Shown piece by piece: positions 25,514-38,870 of a stretch of DNA of 64,000 nt. Position numbers and translations under genes: made by a program. How positions within the stretch are numbered: position 1 is the stretch's first letter; the number at the start of each line of letters is the position of its first letter. The notes below the pieces were generated by a model. That model made no database searches. It was not told the DNA's origin and saw only the letters and a program-made list of their open reading frames with translations. This DNA comes from Amoeboaphelidium protococcarum X5 (Eukaryota; Fungi; Aphelidiomycota): positions 2,108,762-2,172,761 of the forward strand of contig JALDTO010000266.1 of assembly GCA_023515725.1 (NCBI GenBank), in the 5' to 3' direction.

Positions 25514-26663
25514 CAGTTTGTCCGTTCCGCGTGAAACCAAAGAGAGCACTGACCAAAACATGATTGAAAACTTGGATAATAATAGACTAAATGACTTCTA
25601 AAAAGGCCAAATTTCAGGCTTTAAAAGATTTTAATTACTCATTTAATCAAATAGCAGAGTATTTGAAAGTTCCACTGTCCACCATTAAGTCATATTGGTA
25701 CCGTAAGCGCGAGATAGAGGAGTTAGGCGAGAAGCCGGTGATCATTAAGCGCGCAACGGATGGCAACGTAGGCCGGACAATAAAACGTCTTAGGGATGAG
25801 AATCCCTCATGGACCATCAGAGACATTGAAAGAGAGCTCCCTAACCATTTGCAGCCTGGAGAACGCGCTGTTAAGCGCACTGCCATCAGCAAGTATTTGG
25901 CGCGCACTGGGTACCAATACATTAAATTGAAGAAGAAGTAGCTCATTTCTGAGCGTAATATTGCCAAAAGACTGCAGTTTTGCAAGAATGGAGTGCTTGA
26001 GGAAGATTTGTGGTGGATGCAGATCCTTTGGTCGGACGAAACTACGTTCAGGAAGATCCCCAAGGATAGAGAAGTGCATATGTGGTACACTCAAGTACTC
26101 CGGAGGATTAGAGGCCCTTAAACCTTTAAGTTCAAGCGGGTGGTTTTTCGGTGATGTTTTGGGGGTGTTTTAGCTTCTTCGGTCTGGGGCCTCTGGTGGC
26201 TCTAGATGATAACATGAATGCAGATTATTACCTATAAATCTTAGAGGAGTTTGTCATACCTGAGATCAATGCTGCCAAGGAAGTTCACGGGGTCGATTTG
26301 ACCTTTATGCAGGACAATGCCCCTTGTCATAAGGCGATGAGGGTCATGGACTATTTGAAGCAGTAGGGGGTCCAAACATTGGACTGGCCAGCTCAAAGTC
26401 CGGATTTAAACCCTATAGAGAACCTGTGGGCCATCCTTAAAAGGAAGAGAGAAAAAAAATATGGTGTGCCTATGACCCGCGATGAGTTAATCGATCAGGT
26501 GTTCGCTGTATGGGATGAAATCGATGAGGAGCTGTGCAAGAACCTTGCTACTAGTGTATACAATAGACTAACCGAGTGTATTAAGGCATATGGTATATAA
26601 ACCAAGTACTGAATAAATTTTTTATAATCAATGTTTTAAGTTTCAAACCGCGCGGTCAAACTG
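25514..26663 (+). mobile_element. Tc1/mariner DNA transposon, 1150 bp, TA target duplication, imperfect 24-bp TIRs
   Basis: TA|CAGTTTGTCCGTTCCGCGTGAAAC ... GTTTCAAACCGCGCGGTCAAACTG|TA (18/24 match) enclosing a DDE transposase. Confidence 0.93.
25591..26612 (+). pseudogene. Tc1-family DD34E transposase with one frameshift near 26085
   Basis: HTH N-terminus, ILWSDET, SVMFWGCF, FMQDNAPCH, WPAQSPDLNPIENLW with 34 residues between D and E; uses TAR=Gln and ends QTKY-TGA. Confidence 0.9.
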
Positions 26664-27078
26664 TAGTAGTAAATGGTAAAACTGAGGAGAGCTATAACCA
26701 CTCAGGCATATGCAGACTTAACAAAATGCTAACATACTTCATGACTACAGTTAACAACATTATTAGGAAATAAATATAGCTCAATATTGCAAAGAGTCTA
26801 TGAGCAAGTAGAATCTCCACATTAACACGCCACGACTCATAAAGGTCAACCTCTTCTGGATTAATCATGAGTAGATAAAAATTCCTGATGGTGTAAATAA
26901 ATTAGTCTCTTAAACTGTAGGTCAAGTGGTCGCAGTACCAGCATTATGAGCAGTGTCACCTTGTAGAATCCGAATATATTTTAGTCATACTGTTGAAAGA
27001 AGAGGAGAAGAGAAGATACGCAATAACGTCAACGAGTTTTCTAAAAACGATCTATATTTTAATTTTTTATCATTCATC

Positions 27079-28206
27079 TCATCTTAATGAACTCTTTATT
27101 ACTTTAATCAGCCCGTCTGCGAATCCTCCCAAGACTGCACCACCAATCTTGGCTCCAGCAGGTCCCAGCTCCACAATAGCTTTAATTGCGAGTTTCAAAG
27201 TAACTTCTATGGTGCTCGATGCAGCTCTGAACGCCAGTCCAGACATTCCAGAACGGACACCGCGCTTATGCAACCGGCTTTTACCAGCGGATGATTACTG
27301 TATCTGATTCAGAACATCACATTTCTTGTCAAGTGTACTCTTTTATTCATCAGTGAGGCCAGATTTGGTTCTAAACGGATTCTTGATTCTGGATCGACGC
27401 GTTTGACGCAGCTCACAATACTGGCTCAATGGAATCAACTTTCCCTTGTAAGGAACCGACTCATTAGAATCGGGTCTTCTACTTCTTCCAGGACGAAGCG
27501 GACGACCTTGTTAATAGCCAAGACTTTGCAGATATTCCTACTACTCAGGAGTATATTTGTTTTATTATTATTGTTGTTACCTCGCTCTAGTTTCATGCTG
27601 TGTTGAGGCAAACACGTTCGACTAACGGCCATTCATCGCGGCGTTTCTGCCTTGACCCGACTGACCAGGATATTACTAAAACGCAGCATTCTGTGGAATA
27701 TAGGCATGCTCTATCGATTGGACATTGGATGGACGTGCGTCAACAGATTCAACAGATGAGCCAATCTCAGAGTCACTCGAGTCCAAACCATCTCCCAGCT
27801 GACGACACAAGCTCATCAATTGAAATTTACGCTTCAGAGAAACCCCGCGATATGTAACCTTTCTAAAAAATGACTACTGGCAATACTCTTCTTCAATCTC
27901 ATTCAAATCCTCCTAAATTTCACCCGCAAATCTTAGGGCTTTATCAACCACCTCGTCCCATGGAATATCACAGAATCTACTCAATACTTGGAGACACTTT
28001 TGTTCAAACGCTTCTTGCTTACTCTGCGAATATTTCTTTTTGCTCTAGAAATAACCTACTGCGTCGGATAATGTCTAACCTTGAGGCGTTAGACAAATTG
28101 CAACTGACAGGCCTCGACAGACCTGCCCGCCAATCTCTTCCTAAACAGATTGTCGATTCGCGGCAACTATTGAGATAGAAAGCAGTATCGTTATTAAAGC
28201 ATTCAT
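27079..28206 (-). CDS. Secreted orphan protein, 375 aa: signal peptide, 6-Cys domain, Q/R-rich linker, LHKR site, 60-aa amphipathic Gly-zipper tail
   Basis: One open frame with TAR=Gln: MNALITILLSISIVAA... to ...KSRLHKR-GVRSGMSGLAFRAASSTIEVTLKLAIKAIVELGPAGAKIGGAVLGGFADGLIKVIKSSLR-TGA. Confidence 0.8.
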
Positions 28207-28867
28207 ATTGAGCATTAAGTCTATTTTATCTATAATCTATAAGGATATTATATAACCGCAGAATGAAGGTAGAAAGGTGTTAGAGGCGAATAAATGGATA
28301 ACATGGGTGTGACGTTGCAAGGTTACACATGACAGACTGACATGTGAACTATAGCTGGCTTGTAACAATGTATGATTGAAAACGGTCTATTGGGCATTCT
28401 TGTTGAGTGAGATTGGTATGTTTCTTGAATAGGCTTATGCAGATAGAATATTGTCTGATAATCAGAGTCTAAGGAAGTTATCATCAAGATCAGAGCTTTA
28501 ATCATTTGAGCTTGATTGTGCAAGAGTGCTGAAACGGGAAAGTGCAACGTCATCAAGGCGTCCTCAATTAAAAAAGCGCCTCAAAATTGTATGCAGCTCT
28601 AATTTGTACACTTTAAGGCGGAATTTACATTTCATTTCTTTATAAGTCGTTGCAATATTCTAGCCAATTAGACACAATTAGATATCGCACGTAATAACAT
28701 AAAGTCAGGATGTATTGGCTGCGCCTGAGTCAAATGTAACCGCGACTGACATCAAAACAAATCAGGTGACTAGAATTCATCCGATATGGGAGCTTCTTTT
28801 TCTCATTAAACCAATTAATAGCAATCCTCTTTAACTATCACCACACAGTCTATACTGTACATATATA

Positions 28868-30093
28868 ATGCTATCGAGTAACAAAAAGAATAACGAGGAC
28901 GTGCCACATCATACTAGCAAAGATCATGGTGCCGCCCAGCCAGAGGAGAAGGGGAGTCGAAACGTTTCAACTGCTCCTGCCGATCAAACATAAACTGAAA
29001 CACTTGACGGGTTCTTGGTGCTGGCACTGCGCAACCATAATGACAGAGAGCTCATACTGAAACTGGAGTAGGATATGGAGTATTTTATATTGGATCAAAG
29101 GTAAGATTGCATGCATTATGCTCTTTATTTGAATCTCATAACCATCACTATGATGACTGAATGTGTAGACGTTACCGACTCGCTTTCCCTCGCATGAATT
29201 CCTACCATCGTCTTGTTATCCATCGCGTCGCTTAGTACTACAATCTGGCGCATGTTGTCAATTCTAACAAGAATATAGTTATTTTGTACAGGACAGAGCA
29301 CACGTTGATTCCTAATCTGAAACTATCTGACCTCATTGATTTGAGTTACGATGATGCTTCTGCTGCTGGTGAATCTTCAAGGTAGTCGCGCTCTATGGCA
29401 GTGGCAAAGAGTCAAAGTGGAATGTATGGTGGAGATTTTCCCTTTATGTATCTCTATAATAGTATGTACGCTTACGCTCCAGCATATTAGTATACTCCAG
29501 ATTACGTTCACGCGTCTTATAATTAGTATTCTGTCTAGCCGCAAGATACACCTGGCCGTGTTGTTTCAAGTGAAGGAAAATCATCGCGTTTATAAAATCC
29601 GTCCGTATAATTGGACTAACACTCTCTTGGTATTAATTTTATGCCCAATCCAGCCGCTGCTTATTAGTAAGAATCTGATATAGCATTGATCTCTAATCAA
29701 TTCGCTGCAATGCACGTAGCCATGCCATACACTGGTTTGCTGCACGATTATTCTGCGTTAGCCTCATATGACGGTGTTAAAATCGACAAAAACATGGATG
29801 TTAAAGTGACGCACATATTGTTGATTTTGTAGTAATATTTAAGTCAATCTCTGGATTCAAGGCTTAAAGAAATTGGTCAAAACACTTAAGTGATTTTCTG
29901 CTTACGGCAGTCCAAGAAGGGCAATAATCTACTCGTATTCTAGTCCACCATGGAGGCTGACCATTTTTTGAAATAGTGCAAGTAACATGATCTCAGGCAA
30001 GTCACGCGTTGGAATCCTCTAATAGATTTGGAAATGTCTGTACCTCCCGTGTAACATCAGCGACCAAAAGGTGGTCGCCATTAAAGTCAATGA
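28868..30093 (+). CDS. R3H-domain RNA-binding protein (R3HDM/ARPP21/encore-like); intron 29101-29168
   Basis: LRNHNDRELILKLEQDM...FPRMNSYHRLVIHRVAQYYNLAH; possible RRM-like C-terminal segment. Confidence 0.87.
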
Positions 30094-30235
30094 TATTGTC
30101 ATAACTGGTACCTCAGCAATTGTTTCATTAATTAAAAGTGATTTATTATTACATATTAGTGGTTAACACGACATATCGCGCCTCGTTGAAGTATTTCCAA
30201 TTTTTCGTATTATAGATCTTAATAGATGAACAGAA

Positions 30236-31093
30236 TCACTTTTATTGATATAAAATGTCAAAGTGACCAGGACGGAATAGCAGATGCAGTTCAACTATAT
30301 CATCTGTTCCATTCCAGTCAGTGGGAGTAAATCTGTGGAATATTCCTCTTTAGTCTGTCAATGCGCCTCCTTATGCATCCAAGTACGCTATATTCAACAC
30401 AATGTTCAGAGCATTTACCAAAGCCACAATTTACACCTGATCAGCCTCACTGTCCATAGACTCGACATACATGCGACAAAAAGTGTCCATGTCTAGCACA
30501 GAATCGCCAGGTAGATTATTCAAATAGCGTGAACTATCGGATTGAGACAATAAAAACGGCAGGTACAACTCTTCATTGCATTTTAAATACGCGCTAGCTA
30601 GAAATCGCAGGTGCACCACAACAGCGTTAGAAATCATAATGTCATTCATGTCAGTCAGAAGACCACCGACATCCTTACCCGAGTTGGTAAGAAGACGGTA
30701 ATACTCGTCCCAAAAGTCCACTATGGCAAACTCTTCATACCCGGCCCCGGCGAGCCAAAGCCAATGCTTTCCATTCGGTTTCTGAGCATCTTCCACAGCC
30801 TGCTACTTCAGCGTCTTTCGAGAGAGCAAAAATTCCAAATACGCAAAGGCCACACATCTGTAGAAGCAATTCCCATCTCCTCTTATACGTCTAAACTGCC
30901 AATCGGCAACAGAATTCAACTTGACTAGAAATGGGACATTGTCCTTGTATTCTTGTTCAATCAAAGCCGATTTCACAGACTCTCTATCCCTAGACACCAA
31001 GTCCTTTGTATCTTTAATCTAATTTTCATATGCGGTAACTTGTTCAATCTCTTAAGCTGAAGATGCTATCTATTTAACCTCTTTATCTGCCAT
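30236..31093 (-). CDS. OTUB1: Otubain (peptidase C65 deubiquitinase), 285 aa
   Basis: FRRIRGDGNCFYR, VVVHLRFLASAYL, FCRMYVESMDSEADQVQIVAL, LLFRPGHFDILY. Confidence 0.95.
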
Positions 31094-31310
31094 TATTGAG
31101 CTATAAATTGAACTCTTATCACGCTCAATGTGTATACAGTACAGGAACAAAGTTGATGGAAAGGAGGTTCATTCAAAGAGAGAAAAAAACGAAGACAGAG
31201 CTGAAACATTTGAATCGAAGGAGAAGTAGATATGGTATAAACACGACTAAAATATATAAATTCCACAAAATAAATCAACAATTCATCTCCAAACTGAAAT
31301 TATTATCGAC

Positions 31311-31562
31311 TCATCCCTTAACATCATCTTCATCTTGATCATCAATGTCAGATAACAATTCCTCGTTAAGTATATCGCTCTGCATCAGCAAATCTAACAA
31401 GGACGCGTTCTACTCCCTATTCTTCCGAATCGCAGCCTTCAACTATGCCAACTGCCTTCGAAGCGTCTCATTTTCTCTCACAAGCTCTTCTTTACTTCGC
31501 TCCTCTTATAATGGCTACTATTATTATTACTACTATGAATCTCCTTAATTGATCTATTCCAT
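31311..31562 (-). CDS. Small coiled-coil protein, possibly INO80 subunit Iec3/INO80E-like, 83 aa
   Basis: TAR-encoded polyQ, then ELVRENETLRRQLAQLKAAIRKNREQNASLLDLLMQ and an acidic tail. Confidence 0.55.
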
Positions 31563-31811
31563 TACATATATGTGTTGATAATAATAATGAGGAATAAAGC
31601 GAATTTTCCCCCAATCGTGTATCAAGTACAAGGACTAGAGAGAACTCGAGAAAGAAAAGGTCAATCTCTCTCTCTTTTGCCCTCCTCAATCAGTGAAAGT
31701 CCGCGTTCTCTTCTTTCTTCTAATGATTCTGAATGACTGACTATAACTGAATCAATCAATAGTGAACTTAGATTGCAAATTCAGTCAAGACTAGCTATAA
31801 GTAAAGACTGA

Positions 31812-34800
31812 ATGTCGTTTATTCATATGAATAAATTGAAATAGAAACGTTCTGATAGCACAGTGAATGCTTAAATGTTACATGATGACACTACGCCTCT
31901 TATTGTGGACACTTAGTTAAACTCTTTATCGTCCTCTCATTAGTAGTAGTAGCAGTAGTAGTAACAGTCGATTGGTACTGCTGATCAGTATCAACAATCG
32001 ATCTTTGTAAGGCTTGGATTGAAGACTGCCACTCCATTGGCTCGCACAATTTTCATACCGTCAGATTAGAATGCGAATGTTGCTGATAGATTCCCAAGGA
32101 ACGCCATCAAGAATCAGAAATATAATGTCATCACCTTCCTGCCTGTGGTGTTATTTGATCAGTTCAAGTACTTTTTTAATTTGTATTTTCTATTGGTGGC
32201 CCTTTCATAGCTGATACCTGCACTATAAATTGGCTATCTGTTTACATATTTTGCACCTCTGGCTTTTGTACTATTTGTCACTATAAGTAAAGAAGGTTAT
32301 GATGATTTTGTTAGATATAAACGTGATTAGGAAGCCAATTCATAGCGCTATTGGAGGCTAGCACGTACTGGACAGTTTGAAAGTGTCAAGTCGGATGATC
32401 TCATGGTGGGGGATATAATCAAAGTGGAGAAGGACTGTAGATGTCCAGCTGATTTGATACTTTTGAAAGTTGCTTCTGAACATGCGTCTTGCTATATACG
32501 CACTGATCAAATGGATGGTGAGACTGATTAAAAGTTGAGGATTCCTATTGGTATCACGCAGAAGTTACATGATATATAGTTGGTTGATGGATCTACACAT
32601 GGAGAGGTTTACGCTGAAGCACCTCATAAGGACATTTACAGTTTTATAGGCAATTGTAAAGTTGGAATGGAATAAGAGGCTCTGACTGTAGAGAATACTA
32701 TATGGGCCAATTGTGTTGTGGCTAGTAAGTCTATCCTTGGCCTGGTGATTTACACTGGCTCTGATACTAGAGCTTAACTGAACACATCGCACCCGAGCAG
32801 TAAAGTTGGTCTCATCGATTTGGAGATTAATAATCTGAGTAAGATTTTATGTGGCGTACTGGTTGCAGTCTCCATCTTACTAGTTGGGTTGCATGGGTTT
32901 ATAAACAAGTGGTACATTTACCTTATGCGCTTCATTATCATTCTATCTTCCATTGTGCCGCTGTCTCTACGTGTCAATATCGACTTGGCCAAGACTTGGT
33001 ATTCATACTCGATAATGCGTGATAAATTGATTGAAGAGACTGTGGTGAGATCATCTACTATTCCGGAAGAATTGGGTAGGATATAGTATCTCATGTCTGA
33101 TAAGACTGGAACTTTGACCAAGAATGATATGGAGATGAAAAAGTTGCATCTGGGCACAGCATCGTTTAGTGCTGATGATCCTTCGATTTATGAGCTTTTG
33201 TAATCGAGTGGCAGTGGACATCCACTTAGTCCAAGTACTCCTGGTCATTCTAAGCCTTATAAGAGTCGTGATCTTTCTTTCAGATTATCAGAGTTCCTGC
33301 TTGCAATGGCTTTATGCCACAATGTCACTCCCGTACGAGATGATAGTGCTCCCAATTCTTCTACTTCAGATGAAGCTAATGGCACAATCAGTAATAATCG
33401 TCCAAAGAGTCAATAGTATGAAGCTAGTAGTCCAGATGAAGTTGCAATTGTTAAATTTGTAGATTCTGTTGGAATTTAATTATCAGATAGATCCATGACT
33501 AGTATCACCTTATTAAAGTAGAGTTAGCAGATGAAGTTTGAGATTCTTAATCTATTTCCGTTTACATCAGAGACTAAACGGATGGGAATTATAGTTCGTG
33601 GTGAAGACTCTAGGATAACATTCTACCTAAAAGGGGCAGATGTGGTCATGTCTAAACTTGTGCAGTACAATGACTGGCTCGATGAAGAGTGTGGAAACAT
33701 GTCTAGAGAAGGATTGAGAACTCTGGTGTTTGCAAAGAAGGCCTTGTCATAGGAGTAGTATGATAGCTTCTCGAAATTATATGAATAAGCCAAGTTGTCT
33801 GTTTAGAATCGTAACGCTAACGTGGCATCTGCTATTGCAACCTTGGAGAAGGATTTGGAACTTATTGGTCTCACTGGAGTGGAGGATAAGTTGTAAGATG
33901 ATGTAAAGATTACCCTAGAAATGCTTAGAAATGCAGAGATCAAAATATGGATGCTCACTGGCGACAAGATTGAAACAGCGACTAACATTGCCATTTCTAG
34001 TCGACTAGTATCTAGAAGTCAGACTTTGTACTGTATATCGAGACTAAACAATGAGATTGAAGCTAATCGTGAACTTGATCAGTTGGAATCACAATAATTG
34101 GATACTGCTCTCATTATTGACGGGCAGTCTCTTTAGTGGTGTCTTGATCATCTGGAGGCTAGATTTTTCTAGGTGACTATGATGCTCCCAGCAGTGATTT
34201 GTTGTAGATGTTCACCTACGTAGAAAGCTGCTATAACCAGCACTATGAAGAGGTATACAAAGAAGCGCATCTGTGCCATTGGAGATGGTGGAAATGATGT
34301 GTCCATGATCTAGGCTGCACATTGCGGAGTTGGAATAGTTGGCAAAGAGGGAAAACAGGCTTCTCTGGCTGCAGATTTCTCGATTACTCAATTCAGTCAC
34401 TTGGGAAGACTTTTATTCTGGCACGGCCGTAACAGCTACAAGCGAAGTGCAAAGTTGACGCATTTTGTCATGCATCGTGGTCTGATTATTGCCATCATTC
34501 AGGCAGTATTTAGTGCCATATTCTATTTCACTCCCATCGCCTTGTATTAGAATTTTATTGTAGTTGGCTATAGTACGGTGTATACGATGCTGCCAGTGTT
34601 CTCTCTCGTCCTCGACTGTGATGTCAATGATGACGTCGCCATGACGTACCCCGAGTTGTACAAAGATCTCACCAAGGGAAGAATTTTAAATTTCAAGACG
34701 TTCCTAGAGTGGCTTCTCATATCCATTTATCAGGGCGGAGCGATTATGATATTTGCACTCCTCCTCTTTGAAGATGATTTCCTACGAATAGTGTCGATAT

Positions 34801-35072
34801 CGTTCACCGCTCTGATTTTCAATGAACTGCTTATGGTTGCTCTAGAGATTGAACGATGGCATATTCTGATGGTTTTGGCAGAAGTACTCACCCTGGCCGT
34901 CTATTTGGCGTCAATGTACTTTTTAAAGACTGAATTCGATCTTCAGTTCATTCTTACGTGGCGATTCGTGTGGAAAACTGCAGTCATTGTCTCCATTAGT
35001 TGTATCCCGCTGTATGTTATTCGCGTTCTCCGTCGCTACTACTCTCCTCCAATTTACTAAAAACTTAATTGA
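31812..35072 (+). CDS. NEO1: P4-ATPase phospholipid flippase, NEO1/ATP9 class, 1086 aa
   Basis: [78 protein letters not shown]. Confidence 0.97.
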
Positions 35073-35450
35073 CGCTGTGTAATCAATCATAGTTGGATTA
35101 AATACATTCTCTCGCTACTGTACTTGCTTTGATATCTCTATTAAATATTGATATGGATGAAATCCTTCGTAAATGCACGATGCGATGTACAGGATTTTTG
35201 TCCTATTAGCTTTAAATTGATCTTGGAGAATAGTTAGCTTATATCGATCTCATTGTTGCTCTCGGCATAGATGACCTTAATCGCTTCACTTCATACGACT
35301 AGTGATTGATTCTTTTTGACGATTTGCTTTTGACTTCTGACGAATCCCAACTTAATCATCAACTCACTGCTTAATCTCCTCTTGCTTTATTACTCAATCA
35401 GTATTTAAACTTTTTAACTAAAGTTATCAGGTTTTTAAGTAACAAAAATA

Positions 35451-37676
35451 ATGAAGGCGAATCAGCTGATTAAGGAGAAATCTCCGTACCTGTTACAGCA
35501 TGCGTTTAATCCTGTTGAATGGTATCCGTGGGGATAGAAGGCTTTCGAGTTGGCCAAGTAGCAGGACAAGGCTATATTTCTATCCATCGGGTATACAACG
35601 TGCCATTGGTGTCACGTTATGCAACATGAATCCTTTGAAGATGAAAAGACTGCAGAAATCATGAACAAGTACTTTATCAATATCAAGGTGGACCGCGAAG
35701 AGTTGCCCGATGTCGATAGTGTGTACATGACCTTTGTGTAGGCCACGAGTGGTCGCGGTGGTTGGCCATTGTCTTGTTGGCTCACACCAGAGTTGAAGCC
35801 TTTCTATGGTGGTACGTACTTTCCACCGCGTAATCATTATGGGAGACCAAGTTTCATCAATGTGTGTGAACTGATTCATAATAAATGGACCTCGGATCGA
35901 TCCAAATTATTAACTTCTGCGGATAATGTTTACTTGCAGTTGAAATAGGCTCTGCGAATGGAATCTACTTAATCTGCGGGTGCACTGCAGGATTCTAATG
36001 CTTGGAAAGTGGCTAATAAGTGCTTCAAGTATTACCAATCCCGCTATGATTCTGAATATGGTGGATTTACACCTGAGCCAAAGTTCCCCACTCCATCTAT
36101 ATTCCAATTTCTCTTTGCATATCACCGCTCTGTGACTAGTAGGTTGCGTGACCTATCTAAACTATCCTCTACATCTTCACAAGATAATGATAAGTATGAA
36201 CTTGCTCGTAAACTTGGCTTTGATGATTAGAGTTCATCAAAGTCTACGACTAATGCGGAAGTCTATCTGTAGTAAATGTAGGAGAATGCCGAGTCGGCGA
36301 AAGATATGGCTCTATTCACATTGAAAAAGATTGCTCATGGTGGAATACATGACCACGTAGCCAAAGGATTCCATAGATATTCGACTGATAATAGGTGGCA
36401 CGTTCCTCATTTTGAAAAGATGCTTTATGATTAATCTCAATTGCTAGTTGCCTACTCTAATGCTTACTCTATCACCAAGGATCAGTTCTATCTTGACATT
36501 GTGAGAGACATTTGTGAATACATGAACAGAGATTTAGGTAATAAAGATAGTGAACATAGCGGTGGATATTATTGTGCTGAAGATGCAGACTCGTATCCTC
36601 ATGATGGAGCTTAACATAAGCTGGAAGGTGCATTTGCTGTGTGGACCAAGTCGGAGGTTGAATAGGCATTGGGAGAGGATGCAGAGATGTTTTGTGAGTA
36701 TTATGGGGTTAAGCAGGATGGTAATGTTCGGCCAGATTTGGATATTTAAGGAGAGCTTAGTGGTAAGAATGTTTTAATACTTGATAAGGATGTTAAAGCT
36801 GAAGATTGCGATGTCATGGATTAATGTTTAAAGAAGTTGTATGGTGTGAGGTAATAGAGACCAAAACCTCACTTGGATGATAAAATTTTGACTGCTTGGA
36901 ATGGATTGGCGATTCACGGTCTGGTTTAGGCATATAACTGCTCCATGAATAAAGAATATCTAGATAACGCTCTTAATGCAGCCAAATTCATTAAGAACAA
37001 TATGGTGAACGCAGATGGTCAATTGATTAGAAGTTACCGGGAAGGACCATCAGATATTCGTGGAAGCTGTAGTGATTACGCGTTCCTTATTTAAGGATTA
37101 TTAGCACTTTATTAATCTACTTTCTAGTCTGAATGGTTGGATTGGGCTGTCATTTTATAGAGAAAGTAGGATGAGTTGTTTTATGATTCCCAGCATGGTG
37201 GATATTATTCATCTAGTGATAAGTCTCTTCTGTTTGAATTAAAAGAGGATCATGATGCTGCAGAGCCAAGTCCCAATTCTGTGTCCATGTTGAATTTGTT
37301 GAAGTTTAGTGCCCTGCGCGGCGATTAATCATTTATGGATAAGTCGAAGTAGACGTTTAGGTTATTCAAAGACAAGTTGGAAGATCATCCATGGTCAATG
37401 CCGCTGATGGCTGCTTCTTATCTACTTTAGGATGTGGGATTGAAGACGGCTGTTTATATTGGCTTTTAGGATAGTAATGAGTTTGTTGAATTACATCAAG
37501 GTGTCCTTAGGGAGCATTTACCAGATGTGGTGTTGTAGCATGTTATAGATAGTTTATCTTCAGAGTTGAGGGAGTCTAGTGGTGCAGACGAAAATGCCTA
37601 AGTGCATATATGTCAGGATTAGAGCTGTGGAATGCCATGTAAAAATGTTAGAGAGCTGCTCGACGAACTTTCATGA
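35451..37676 (+). CDS. SPATA20: SPATA20/YyaL (thioredoxin-like + six-hairpin glycosidase-like), 741 aa
   Basis: [69 protein letters not shown]. Confidence 0.96.
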
Positions 37677-37779
37677 ATTAATTTATACGAAAAATTCTAT
37701 TACTAGTTATTCACTGATCTATCACCTTTGCTCTTCAACATGCGGATCACATCCTGCCGATGCTATTTTACTAAATAAA

Positions 37780-38870
37780 TCAATCCTATTCATGAAGAGC
37801 CTCCTGATCTTCTACTATTTCTTATTATTTTAGTATCTGCTTTTCACGCTGCAGATCTTTCAAGTCCAGTAAAATGCAGTCTTAAGGTTTAGACGCACCA
37901 ACTTCAGTCACTCTGTAAGCGTGGGCTCTCTTACCACGAACTTTTAGCCTTTCAAACTTAAACCATTTTTAGTCATCATCCGAGTCATCATCCGAGTCAT
38001 CAGAATCTGGGGCCTCTTTTTACTGCAGTTCCTTATATCTGTCCTTTAAAACATGCAACTAGTATCCTAAATGAGTGGCGTTTTAGTAATTAAACTCATA
38101 AACTGGGGCAGACTCATATTTGAACTTAACTAATTTATCGATGTCCTCACTTTGTATTATCTTACCTCCAAATCCAAAATCGTTAAACCCCTATTTCTAT
38201 TTCCCTGTTACAATAACGGGTTCTAGACTATTAGGCTCCTCGGGTTTCTATTATTACTTGAGGACAATGCCTTGGCCCCAAAAATAAAGTAACAAAACGT
38301 AGAAGGGGAACCTTTTAACCATCTTGATTAAATAGTTTGTCTCCTCACGCGCAACCACTATCAGCTCCCCAAAAGTTTCTGCCATGAGTGCTGCTGTTCT
38401 TTTGGAACATTCGAAGCCACTTTAATTACTTTGAAATAAAGACCGTATTCGTTTTTCTACACTTTACTAGATATTTCATCTTAGGTTTGAAACGATGAAT
38501 CCATATAAGAAGTCGCAAATATATTTTCCAACCATGCGTGTGGCATATCTCTCCCACATTTGCAGAATAACGCGTAAAAGACTGATCGAAACAGCGCATG
38601 TCTTTGCGACTCTAAACCAGAGGGATATTTCGTTATAGTTACTTAGTATGTCTTCAGATTTGTTTATAAGCCCCAAGAGCCTTGAAATTTAGAGCCCTGT
38701 TATTTGCATTATCTTACTTTCAGCTCAAAATAACTTCCATTTTCCGAGTGGCCTCTTTTCTCACTTTGAAAACGTAGGTCCAAACCCTAAAATTATACGT
38801 TTTTACCCAGGATAGAGTCTTGTTTCTTCTCGCATTAGAACCATTAAACTTGAGCGCAAAATCTGATTTC
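37780..38870 (-). pseudogene. Degenerate unidentified ORF with in-frame TGAs and an internal 12-bp DSDD tandem repeat (about 37972-38001)
   Basis: One frame stays open for about 230 codons (38475-37780) and continues upstream through isolated TGAs. No family recognised. Confidence 0.5.

Noticed and set aside
35153-35310. 50-codon ORF between NEO1 and SPATA20
   Set aside because: Too short, no motif, and both strands are similarly open.
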